From Vitrella brassicaformis CCMP3155 (lineage: Eukaryota > Protista > Chromerida), in assembly GCA_001179505.1 (NCBI GenBank), contig CDMY01000622.1, positions 1 to 41,093 on the forward strand: a DNA stretch of 41,093 bases. The letters run 5' to 3'. Shown here piece after piece: positions 10,069-21,292 of the stretch (position 1 is the stretch's first letter; every line of letters starts with the position of its first letter). The notes under the pieces are model-generated. The model was not told the DNA's origin. It saw only the letters and a program-made list of their open reading frames with translations, and did not search any database. The translations under genes and the position numbers were made by a program.

Positions 10069-11717
10069 TGGTTGTGTCGCCGGGTCACCAAACCCGCCCT
10101 TCTCGCAGTCCAGGGCGTGTGTGAGGGTGAGTGCCAACTGTATCACCGCCGTGGAACAGCGGGCCCGGGAAAGGGGTGATGAGAAGAGAGACGGTGGCGG
10201 GGAAGTATAATGTAATACTGAAAGACATTATGCTCTCTGTAGAAAGGTAGATGGTACAGGAAGGTTGCATTGCGGTGTAGTCTTTTCTCTCTTCTCTCCT
10301 TTCCTTACAGTACAGGCGCTGCCTTCAACAGTATGTCCTTCTTGCGAGTCAGGGCTCCTGTGTTGTCTTTACCTACCCTGCGTTTTTCGTCATCTCGGCC
10401 CTTTAAGTTATCATGTGTTTTGCACTCTCTTTTTCTCATTTGTCTATTCCTCTTGGGCCCTTATGGCTGTGTGCGGTCCTCTTCTGTGCTGCCGTTGTTG
10501 TGCGCACTATTGGTGTATACACTCTAGTTGCAGGCCTCTGTACTGCTGTTGCTGTGTACGCACTATGTACGCAGGCCTCTGCTGCTATTGCTGTACGCTC
10601 TATGGGCGCAGGGCTCTCTGCTGCTGCGATTGTTGTCAGACTGTATGTTCAGCTATCATTACACAAACGTGGTGCTGTCACAGATAAGATAAAGACACTT
10701 CCTTTGGATGGCTCCAAGCTGAGCAGATTATGCCGCCTAATTTAGCTGCAGAACCTGAAATGGACTGCTGAACAGGCCGCGTCAGATACTGGCAATGAGC
10801 TCGAAAACGTGTTGCTTACATCGACAAGAGACATTTCATGAGCTCAAGACGATGCTTCACATGTGCGCTTGACGCAACGAGCCTCGAGAGATCCTACAAC
10901 TAGATCTGTGCATGTTCGACCCCATCCCATACGACATCAGCGTGACTGACATGAAATCGCGACGAGTGACCATTGAGAGGCAGTACATCAGGAATTATTC
11001 GCGTGACTTATGATTTTGACTGGACATATCGAATCTCAAGTCGAAAAAGGCACAGAACAAATGAGGGCACATACTCACCCTTTGTGAGGGCAAACAACTC
11101 TCACTGTCTCAACCAAAACCAGATGGACATCACTTTACATGTCCAAGCCATGACTCTTGTTCAGCATATCAAGGCAAAAAAAAATGCACGGCATGAATGA
11201 GGGTATTCACTCACCATTCGTGAGAGCACAACACTCCCAATATTCATCGCATAGAAGTCACAAAAACGCAAAAGAGAACGTCCGGTGGTTTCTTTCACTG
11301 ATCGTTGCGAATTTCTCAATTTTTGCCACAGTGATCTTCTGAATTTTCACCATAGTAGTCGCCACTTCTGTTAGGTTGGGGTGTTGGCAAAATAAACGCA
11401 CGACGCCAAACCGTGACGTCAAGAGGACACACAGTGACGTCAAGGGGAGGCTGATTCCGGTGCTTAGCGATGCCGCCCACACTATCAGCCACAGTCCACG
11501 CTATGCAAGTCGGGATGCCGTCCAGAAATTGACGATGGAGATGCACGCCTTGCCTGTCTCGAACTTCAAGACCCTTCTGGACCGGATCACAGACGTTTCT
11601 TTGTTGGTCGAATGCTTCAACTTCAGGTTCAGTAAAATCGGTCTTGTCGTCGCTTCCAATGGTGAAATAGATCGATGAAAACCGTCCGCAAGACACTCCG
11701 CCGTAGCCTGATGTCAC

Positions 11718-11869
11718 CTGGGGGATATAGTCTTCTTGTGTGTTCCACAGCGGTTCGTCCTCAGTTCCCCTACTTCGAAGTACAGGTGGCCGCTGAAGGC
11801 TGGGAATCTTTCTTTCTCGATGACCGCCTTGGTCTTGTTCCACGGAAGTGGTGAGAAGTTCAGGCATCC
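11718..11869 (-). other. Orphan exon-like segment of unknown gene
   Basis: Bounded by TTCAG and GTGACA, with an upstream GTACGT donor near 11960. Frame GCLNFSPLPWNKTKAVIEKERFPAFSGHLYFEVGEL is not recognised. Confidence 0.25.
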
Positions 11870-12003
11870 CTGAATCACAGGCAATGGGAGAGAAAGAGAT
11901 ATGTAGAATAAAGACGACACTAATCCTACAGGTCAACGCGCTTTCCATCTCCTCACGTACCGCCTTCTGAAGCGATGATACCGTTAATTTGTCCTGCCCC
12001 CCT

Positions 12004-12056
12004 AGCTGATCCACGGTATTTGTCCCTTTTCAGCAAGGATCCTGACCGGCCTTTCG
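12004..12056 (-). repeat. Diverged copy of the LINE 5'-end motif
   Basis: Reverse complement reads GAAAGGCCGGTCAGGATCCTT...GGATCAGCT, matching both conserved boxes of the 1377 and 41093 copies. Confidence 0.5.
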
Positions 12057-12322
12057 CTACATGATCCCCTTATCCTCTCAACATGAATACAAACACATAT
12101 ACTATAACCGAGTGGTCATCATGTTCCTTATTGATGCTTCTCAGTGGTCTTTGCTTGCCTATCACGTAGCGCGCACGAAAAGAGCACGCTTTTTTCATCC
12201 ATAAGAGTATCACGCATGGAGCATGAGTGGGCATAAAAAATCACCTCCACTTCTTGACATGAACGACATGGTCAATAGGACGAAGACGACACTTGACATA
12301 AACAACATACTCAATATAACGA

Positions 12323-12958
12323 GAGTCTCTTTGTGCGCACACCTGCGTATGCATGCGTCGACTTGGAGTGTGTGTATATGATGATTGTCTCTGTGCGTGC
12401 ATACGCAGGGCGTATATGATGATTGTCTCTGTGCGCACACCTGCATATGCACGCGTCGACTTCGAGTGTGTGTATATGGTGAATGTCTCTGTGCGCACAC
12501 CTGCGCATACACGCGTCGACTTGGAGTGTGTGTGTACGATGATTGTCTCTGTGCGCATACCTGCGCATGCACGTTTGGGCTTGGAGTGCGTGTGTATGAT
12601 GATTGTCTCTGTGCGCACACCTGCATATGCACGCGTCGACCTCGAGTGTGTGTACATGATGACGGCCTTTTCGACTTGGAGTTAGTGTATATAATGATTG
12701 TCTCTGTGCGTGCATTCGCAGGGTGTATATGATGATTGTCTCTGTACGCACACCTGCGTATGCACGCGTCGACTTCGAGTGTATGTATATGATGAATGTC
12801 TCTGTGCGCACACCTCCGCATGCACGTTTGGACTTGGAGTGTGCGTGTATGATGATTGTCTGTGTGCGCACACCTGCGCATGCACGTTTGGACTTGGAGT
12901 ATTCTCTGTGCGCATACCTGCGCATGCACGTTTGGGCTTGGACTGCGTGTGTATGATG
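12323..12958 (-). repeat. 60-bp tandem repeat array (about 10 units), minus orientation
   Basis: Same unit reversed; carries the same deletion variant at 12897-12906. Confidence 0.95.
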
Positions 12959-12959
12959 A

Positions 12960-13380
12960 GCGGTAAGTCCCAGAGTCAGAGTGCTTTCAAGTCAGTGAGG
13001 CCGAGAGACTGGCCAGTCACACACTAGTCCTTTCTATATATATATATATGACTCCATGAAGGCTTGTCAACATAGATCTCACTTCGGTGGTGGCTGAAAA
13101 GATCACTCTGCAGTGACATCATCCACATACACGCCCCTCTCACACACACATGCTAGCTCAAGCCCGTGGCCAATCCCAGCTCCCACCTCATCTCAGCTCC
13201 CAAGTGGTTCGTCTTGCTCTCTGACACTTCTCCCTCCTCTCTTCTTCATCTGGATTGACTGCCCCCCCGTCTGGATTGCTGGCTTTGAATTGCCTGTTCA
13301 TCCACCCCGCAAGCATGATGAAGTGCGTCTTGGCTTTCGTCATTCTTTTGACCGTCCTTCGACCGTCGGTGCAACAGTGT
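12960..13380 (+). mobile_element. Decayed 5' fragment of the RTE/RTEX-like LINE family (leader plus possible endonuclease remnant)
   Basis: 12960-13217 aligns to the reverse complement of 40796-41041 (e.g. CATGAAGG..GTCAACA.AGATCTC.CTTCGGTG.TGGCTGA.AAGATC and AGTGGTTCGTCTTGC). The downstream IAGFELPVHPPR weakly resembles LPGYSCWHVPR. Confidence 0.7.
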
Positions 13381-14410
13381 GTCCCCTGCCCCGGTTCCGG
13401 ATGTGTTCCTGAATACTGCCTACCATCGGGTGCCTGTTGCGACCCTAACAATACACGTCGTGAGCTCTTGCGAACACAGGAGGAGATGCTGAAAAGAGCA
13501 GTGACTTACAACGGTGATGGAAAAGCGCCTCGTGAGCTTGCTGGTGCTGTCGTCGCCACTGACCAGTCTGATACTGCCGAAGAGTAGGTGAGTGAACAGA
13601 AATCAGTATTCTGCCGACCTAATCCTTAGTCGTTCTCGACGATTGCTAAGTGTCGTTGTCCTTCAGGCGCCCGGACGCAATGTACAGGATGAGTCGTAAG
13701 TCTTCATGCCGTACAGAGCTGTTAGCCGAGACGTTCCGCGGTTGGTTCCCTTTAGTCCCATCCCCGTTACGTTCTGGATGTCCGGACATTCAGAGTGTTT
13801 GTCGGTTGTACTTCATGGGAATGAGAGAGGGTCTGTACAGAAGGACATCCAGTGCTGTGAGTGACCGGACAGTGGAGACATCTGAGCAATGGTTTCAGTT
13901 CGACAGGGGATGCAAACGTTTTTGAAGCACAGCCTTTTTCCTGCCCTCTTTGAAAGACGCGTTTCACGAGCTTTGAAGTGCAGCGAGGAAGCAAGCGATT
14001 ATCCTTCTCGTCACCTTGCATCAGTGACACGACGCTTGAGCAGTCGTAAAAAGTGTGTCATCTATGGGCTTGGGTTGTAAAGGAAGTGTGAATGCTGACG
14101 TGTGATTGCGTTGTTTTCGTATTTTCTTGGGCCGTTTATAGTGCTTTTTCCTGTTCGTCTCAGTGCATATCGCTTTATCGCCTTAGCCGATCCATCTGTA
14201 GATTGTCTCTGTGTGCCGCCCTAGGTGAAGCAAGAACTATGAGAGGCACATATTCGGACAACGCTTCTTGGAGCCTTTTTTCAACCATTCAGATTTGCTT
14301 CGCAGTTAATTCGCTCTCGACATCACATGAGTGATTAATGAGCACAGCAACGCCTAGCTTTTGTGGATACCCTGTGAATCTGCTGTATTGCTAGGGTTGA
14401 TGTGACTACA

Positions 14411-14490
14411 GAGGGAACGACAACGCTGCATTAGGCTGTCAAAGCCGGCCATCTGGATGTCGTCAGAAGGCTGGTCCTCACGAACAGACG
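14411..14490 (+). pseudogene. Single ankyrin-repeat remnant
   Basis: Reads GTTTLH*AVKAGHLDVVRRLV with an in-frame TAG. Confidence 0.6.
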
Positions 14491-15929
14491 ATGAGTTGAA
14501 TCAACTTCATGAGAAGGATAAATTGGTAAGTAGCGCCACCCATGAGAGACTTCTATTCATCGTAATGATGATGTTAGATATGCATTCTCACTGTCCATTC
14601 GTTCATCAATGCATTCATGACTCTTTGAAATGATTGTTAAATGTGTCTCCTGCAGGGCTTCATACCTTGCCATTAACAAGTGGATTGATGTCCATTTGAT
14701 CTTGGTTCAGACAGTAAGAGTTTTCAATTGGATATGCCAAGTAAATGTCATAAGTAAGGCGAGTGATTCCTGGCTTACTGCCTCTCAAGTGGCCCCTCAT
14801 TGCGATTTCATGTCGTGTGCGATGGGGCGAACATGCAGAGGCTAGTTCTACGGTCTCTCAAGGCTCGTTGCGTCAAGCGTTCGTCTGAAGCATCGTCATG
14901 AGGTTGTGAAATGTCTTGGTCGATGTAAGCAATACGCATTCGACCTCATTACCAATATCTAATGCCCCTTCTTCAGCAGTCCGTTTCAGGTTCTGCAGCT
15001 AAGCTGGACCTGCATAATACCCTCAGGTAGGATGTATTCGAGGGAAGTATTTTTTACGCCAAAAGGGACTTCTCTAGGGATCTTTCAGAATCATTGTATC
15101 TTGAAGATTGATGGAGCTTTTCAGAATTTGGCATGGACTGCCGAACAGAGTACTTCACACACGGGTCTTCAACCTTTGCGATTCTAAAATTCACAAACAT
15201 ATGATAACAATATAGATACAAAATGGTTATGAGCAGTTTTGATAGCGGTGCGGGTGGATTTACCGTAAACAATGTATTTCCCCCTATCACCGTAACAATC
15301 GTCTCTGTGTCCGAATCATACACGAATCAGTCCGCCCGATAAGACGCCAATCTAAGGGGAGGAACCGATCCCCGCCCCATCATCACAACACAGAGACGAT
15401 TGTTACGGTGAATGAAGCTTGAGTGTGGTCTTAAAAAAATGTATTTCTCCCTATTGGTAACACAATGCATGAAGTGCGTTCTCGTGCATTAGACACAATA
15501 ATGGGTGGTCAAATGATCCACGATTTGGAGCAGCAACGACAAGGCTTTACAAAATTCACACCGAACGTTGTTATTGACGTAGGTAGTATTGCGGCTTCGG
15601 GACTAGCAATACAGGCCATTAATACATCCGACTGCGTCAGGAAAAGGAGTTATACTGCACTAAGTATACATCTGTGTGTACCCGATTTGACTGTCTGTGT
15701 TGAGTTCGATCATTTTTATCTTCTGTTTCCTGTCTCTTTTTGGATCACATATTCTTGGACAACATTCATAAGTATAATGATCCTCAACCTCATCATCGTC
15801 ACTATGAAAATGCAAGTGAAAAGGGAATTGGGGATATGTCAGGTGATGCCTGGCTACAGCGTGAGTGCCCTCTTGAAGAAAAATCCTATCAGACAGACAG
15901 ACAGACGCGTGTGCTGTGATTGATGTTCG

Positions 15930-16705
15930 TATGAGTGTGTCAGCATACCGACGGCGATCGCCGTGAGGATGCAGGACACCATGCAGAACACAAAGACAGC
16001 ATAAAACGCGGTGAAGCTGTCCTCAAGGCCACTCCTGCACATGACACACAGAGCCAGGACGGGCATAGAGAGACGCTTCAATCGTGTGCAGTGGGAAGAT
16101 GCTGACCTGAGGTTCATCCCGAATAGGCCGCCGACACACGCCCCGAAACCCACAACGACGCCCACAGCATTCAGACCTGCAGAAATCCATCCAAAACGCA
16201 CACTCTTTCCATCTGTGTGTCTTGTGTCCGTTTGCTGTTGTACCCAGGTCAAGCTTGAGCACTCTATTACGCACGGTGGCTGATCGACCACACCACACAA
16301 CACCACACAACATCATACACACACGCATGAATGGAGACGCGTCGATGTCGCTTGGTTAGCTTGCTCTCTGTCTCTTTCACTCACCCAGGTGGAGATTCAT
16401 CAGCTGTAGCACGTCATCCAGCGTCTGCACAGTCGCCCACACATACACACACATACAAACAAACACCACATACATGCGATGGGCTGTGCGTCTGCACCCA
16501 CCTCGTCGAGCAGGCTGATGTTGTGGTCGAGGAGCTCCGACTCCTGCATATAGCACTTGAGCAACAGCTCCACGTCCTCGGTGCTGTACGGCTCATCACC
16601 AGCCTCCTCATGCTCGTAGTTTTCGGGCGATACTGGCCCGGCAGCGTTCCTCCCCTCCTCAGACTGATGGTTCATCGGGCTGTCTGCCGTTCCTGCATTC
16701 GTCTG
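15930..16705 (-). CDS. C-terminal half of a CorA/Mrs2-family magnesium transporter (5 exons, phases consistent)
   Basis: Spliced product ...EDVELLLKCYMQESELLDHNISLLDE|TLDDVLQLMNLHL|ATVRNRVLKLDL|GLNAVGVVVGFGACVGGLFGMNL|RSGLEDSFTAFYAVFVFCMV.... It contains the GMN signature and two TM helices. Confidence 0.85.
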
Positions 16706-17160
16706 CTGCTCGTCAGCACCAACATGACGCGTGCCAAAGTGACCACAGAAGGAAAAGGGAGACAGATGAATGTGTGTGAGTCTGGTGGGGGTGGTGTGGC
16801 GTACATGTGGGCTCTCTGCGAGTGAGTGTGCGGAGCCGCGGAATGCCCCGGCGAATGTGGGTGGAAGGGTGGCCGCGCGGTGGTCGTGGCCCTTCCTGTG
16901 CACAGTGAGGAGGACGTGCTGCTGAGAGAACCGCCGCGTGGCGTCTGCTGAGGGGGTCTCGACCAATATCGACGATGTTGTTAGGAACGATGTGTTGATG
17001 CTGGATGAGTGGGTCTGCGTCATGTGTGCGCGGGCCAGGGAGGGGCAGACGGGGGGCAGGTAGGGGAAGGCAGGCGCTTCGGAACTGATGGATTAACAAG
17101 CGAGACACACTCATGTGTTGGATAATGCCGGTGTGTCTCTCCGTGTCTGTGCTGACTGAC

Positions 17161-17683
17161 CCTTTCCGTCTTGCCTTGTGCGCTCGCCGATGGCGGAGAC
17201 GGGGAGAGGAGGCACAGGAGGCGGAGAATCTCTTCTGCGACAATCCTCTTCTGCAGCTTGCTTTGACGAGACTCCCCTTACGAGCGCCTTCAACCCTCTG
17301 ACCTCGGCTTTCAGCTCCTCCTGAATCTTCCTACCCCCTTTTAGCTGATTCCCATGCCTCTCTTGCACAGTCTGGACCCCACCCAGCGCCTCTTTCACGC
17401 CAGCAATCTCCGCCCGGACTTCCTTGGCGTTCTTGATCATCGCTTCCCTCAGGCTCTCAGTGGCGTGTTTGTTCTCCGCTATGTGACAATCGGTACGAGA
17501 CAGATGTTCTTTGAACGACTTGATGAGAGCGTCCATGGTGAAGTCCACCTTAAGCTCCAGCCGACAGAGACGCTCATCCATCTTCTCCTGCCATTCATCG
17601 TGGTGGCTGCATTCAACGTTTGGCGCCTGGGGCTTCGCATCAGATTGCATGGTGCTGCTGTACCGCGTCGCCCGGCCGGACAA
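17161..17683 (-). CDS. Coiled-coil-like exon of unknown function upstream of the Mrs2 half
   Basis: About 175 open codons rich in E/K/L heptads, ending at a GTCAGT donor. Confidence 0.4.
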
Positions 17684-18039
17684 CAGGGGATAGGAAGCAG
17701 TGCCGCCCGCCGTGTCAGGTCCCGTCCACTTGAGTCAGATGGTGCCCGCCGTGGGCCCACTTGGAACCATTGCAGATTAAGAGTTGTAGGCAAGAGCTCG
17801 CGAGCCAACGCGTCACCAACTTGGAAAGCCGTGGGATCTTGGTTTTGATGTCCTTCAGTAAGTTCTCTCCCCGTCTCGCATGCAGACTGGCCCCCCATCG
17901 ATCCCCCACCCTGCTCCTCGGAGTCCCCAAAGACAAAGGGAAGAGGCACAGCAGAAAGGTCCACTGACAGGTCTTGACAACGCTTCGTCTTTTGTGTGGT
18001 CAGATGGACAACCGGTTCACTCTCGCCCATCTGCCCATC

Positions 18040-19310
18040 ATGGCAGCGGTCCCCCGCCCTCGCCCAACGCCTTCAACGACTGCTTCCACTCCGTCACCAC
18101 TTGCCAGTATGATGCTGTGCAGCGGTGCTTCTAGAGAGAGGATCCCACGCCCTACATGCAGGCTACTGATCAAGTGAATACGGGGAGGGGGATGCGTCAA
18201 TCACGTTTGGTGAGGGAGATATGCGTGGTTTGTGTGCCGCTGTGTCTGTCAGACGCTCAAGACGTGTCTGCACTTGGCTGTCAAGGCGGGGTCTGCAGAT
18301 CTGGCGCACTTGTTATCACCCTCGGGGCCGCCATCGAAACCAGAGAGCGAATCGGGAGGACGCCGCTGCACTTGGTAGGGCTGAACAGACACACGGACAG
18401 GTAGACCGACCGACAGACAGACAGGCACTCGACCGGCATTGTGTCTGATAGGCGTGTGAGTATGGGCACGAGAAAGCTGTGGAGTGCCTGTTACACGCTG
18501 TGGCGAACCTGGAGGCCCGCGATGGGGTGGGTACGCGTGTCCAAGAATACGCAACATGATGTGGCTCTTACGGCTTTGCGTCGTTGCAGCTTGGTCGCAC
18601 GCCGTTTCATCTGGGTTGCTGTTCGGAGAATCGCAAAGTCGTTTCCATTCTTCTGCACTCGAAGCCATCGCTCATCCATGCCACCGACAAGGTGACGAGA
18701 CACGACAGACACAACGAGCAGCGCCGCAGCTGCTTTTGCTGTGCCGTGCAGCATGAGCGCACCGGTCTGAACTATGCTGTGTTGAGCCGTCACTGGAGCG
18801 GGCAGGACATCACCAAGCTGCTGCTCGCCAAGGGAGCTGATGTCAACGCTCGCGACCTGTACGGCCACACCCCTCTCCATTACGCATGCAGGTATAGAAG
18901 GCGAGCAATGAGGGGCATTCAGTGACACCTTCTCTTTTGCCCACAGGAGGGTCAGTCGAAGGTTGTCCGCCTACTGTTGAGGAATGGAGCTGACCCGCAC
19001 ATTCAGGACACTGTCGGCCGCAAGAGCCCTCTGCAAATGGCCGCGACGCCACTCATAAGAGACCAAATCAAGAGTGAGCATCCGTGTATGAGAGAATGGA
19101 TGTGCTACACGTCTCTATGAATGCAGGTCATCTGAGGCAGAAGGGCGAGCTCCCGGTGGCCGAGTTTAGGGCCACTGAAGGCGCCGTGGACCAGGCCACC
19201 TCTCCAATGCAGCGTGGAACGATGCCCCAGCAGCCATACAGCCCTCCTGCGGAGGACAAAAGGGAGAGGGAGCAGCAGCTGGCCGTCGAGCCATCGCGAA
19301 CAGGACCGAA
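18040..19310 (+). pseudogene. Ankyrin-repeat gene, spliced and disrupted
   Basis: Exons give KTCLHLAVKAGSADLAHL, GAAIETRERIGRTPLHL|ACEYGHEKAVECLL..ANLEARDG|[34 protein letters not shown] and VVRLLLRNGADPHIQD. TAG at 18132; frameshifts near 18313 and at the acceptor near 18946. Confidence 0.85.
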
Positions 19311-19529
19311 AGAAGGTCAAATAGCGTCATCCATACACACAAAGAGAGCTGGGTGTTGTGCTCTGCGCTCGGGCCTGTCTGCCTTGTCTGTGTCGATGGG
19401 CCCTCTCCGCGAGCGGTTCATGCGTCTGATGCTGCCTGTGCAGCAGGGCGGCCCTGACGACCTGCAGCACATCAAAGAGCCGCACCTGTTCACCGCCAGC
19501 TGGATGGAGGCCATACACACGCACCAACA

Positions 19530-20734
19530 GCTCTTCCAATCCATCATTGCTGCCCGTCAGGGTCACGTAGGCGTCATGTCGGTCATGTATGAGAGCAAAC
19601 CTGACGTACTGCAGCAAACAAACGACGTACTATCACAGACAAATCATCTTGTGCTGCAGTTGGTGATGAGGAGATGTGTGTTGGGTGTGGTGGAATGCCG
19701 ACTGGTTGGACTGCCATACACTTCGCTGCCCGGAATGGCCATCTTGCGGTCGTTAATCAGCTGCTGAAGTGGGATCCCAAACTGCTCGATGCACGTAGCA
19801 AGGTAAGAGAGCACACACACATGTCTCTGACGCCTCAGTGTGCCGATTGATTTTGTGTGTGATGATTGTACTTCGGTACCACACCATTCATATTTGCTGC
19901 CTCGGGTGGTCATGTGGATTTGCTGAAGGCACTGTATGCCAAAGGCGGGAAGGGCTGCCTCACACAAAAGGACCAGGTCACACAGAAGGCGGGAAACAAT
20001 GAACGTAACTCTGATATGTTTGATTGCCTTTCTTTGTGTGCATGACACACACAGCACGGCATGACGGCACTCCATGTGGATGCGGACAGGGGCCAATCTG
20101 TCGCTGTGTCTCAGCTGTGGGCCACACTGATGAATGGCTGACGCGAACATCTTATACACACTCTCTGTCTCTCTGTGCCATTCTCAAAGGCTCGAGTGGG
20201 GCGGCGGTGCTCTGCTGGACATCGAAAACAACGACGTCAGTGCACACAGAAATTCACATCATCGATGGGTTCAGTGCTCATCTCATGACAACAGGGCAAG
20301 ACGCCGTGGGATTTCGCCGTCTTGGTCCGAGGGAAGGATGTTGGAGCACCGTCACCCTGCGTTCCCCGCTCCCCCCTCCTGCTACTACAGCAAGAGCTAC
20401 TGGGACACGATGAGCTGCAGCACAGCCACTGGCGGGCCGTGTGGGGCAACCAGCTCGTGCCGACCTGACACAGGTAAGATGGGACAGGGAAGAGAGGGAG
20501 GGGGGAAGAAGGGGCGAGGCAGATCCGTTGTCATCTGTGTGGTGTGTTGTGTGGTGTGTACGGCATTCAGCGAGCGGCGGCAGCAGCCTGACCCCTCACT
20601 GCTCACCTGAGACCAGCCCCCTCTCCCTGCCCATCCCGGTGCGGCGCACCCTCCCCCCTCCCCCCCTCCCCCTCTATCGCCCCATCGGCAGCCGCATCAT
20701 CGGTGTGCTCGTCGACCACATGTGGAACTGACAC

Positions 20735-20777
<43 letters not shown>

Positions 20778-21198
20778 AAAGAGACCACGGCAGCAGCAGT
20801 GCGTCTGCGGCCGACCACGGCAGCAGCAGTACGTCCGCTGCGGACCACGGCAGAGTGTCTGTGGTGGTGGGTCGTCATCTGCCAAGGCAGAGGAGGTCGA
20901 TGATGCAGCGGCGGCGGACGCACAGGAAGAGGAGGGCGATGGTGTGGGTGACGATTGGTCGCCTGATCTGCAGATTAGGGAGGTTCTCGACTGTTTGCCG
21001 ACAGGTGCGTGTGCCGCAAACACACAAATGGTCTCGGCAAACGTGGTGGGGTGTGTGTGGTGTGGTGTGTTGTGTGTTGACACAACAGGAGAGGTGTCCG
21101 AGAATCTGGTGTGGAGCAAGTGTGTGACGCCTCTGCGTGGTGTGGCTCTGCGTGAGGAGGATCTGCGAGTGGTGTGCGAGCGGCTCAGCAGCGAGTAG
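19530..21198 (+). CDS. Second ankyrin-repeat block with low-complexity C-terminal exons (may continue the previous gene; probably damaged)
   Basis: IAARQGHVGVM, GWTAIHFAARNGHLAVVNQLL, TPFIFAASGGHVDLLKAL, HGMTALHV..DRGQSVAVSQL, LLDIENND|GKTPWDFA. The final exon after a GTGCGT...CAG intron ends in TAG at 21196-21198. Confidence 0.7.
20743..20774 (+). repeat. (TC)16 microsatellite forming an intron pyrimidine tract
   Basis: Directly visible. Confidence 0.95.
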
Positions 21199-21292
21199 GC
21201 TGACGGGATTTCTGTCCATTCGGATCAGTCGGATGTGGTCCACACACCGCACACACATACACATTCACACACGCATAACAACCCTTCCTCAC

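Noticed and set aside
10470-10640. Degenerate repeat of about 36-39 nt (GCAGGCCTCTG..CTGCTGTTGCTG)
   Set aside because: Only three decayed copies in low-complexity sequence; no further structure.
11402-11445. Tandem TGACGTCA (bZIP/CRE-box) sites
   Set aside because: Explained by a short local duplication; no associated gene start is evident.
3911-12958. CRISPR-like array
   Set aside because: Units are contiguous with no unique spacers, there are no cas genes, and the context is eukaryotic.
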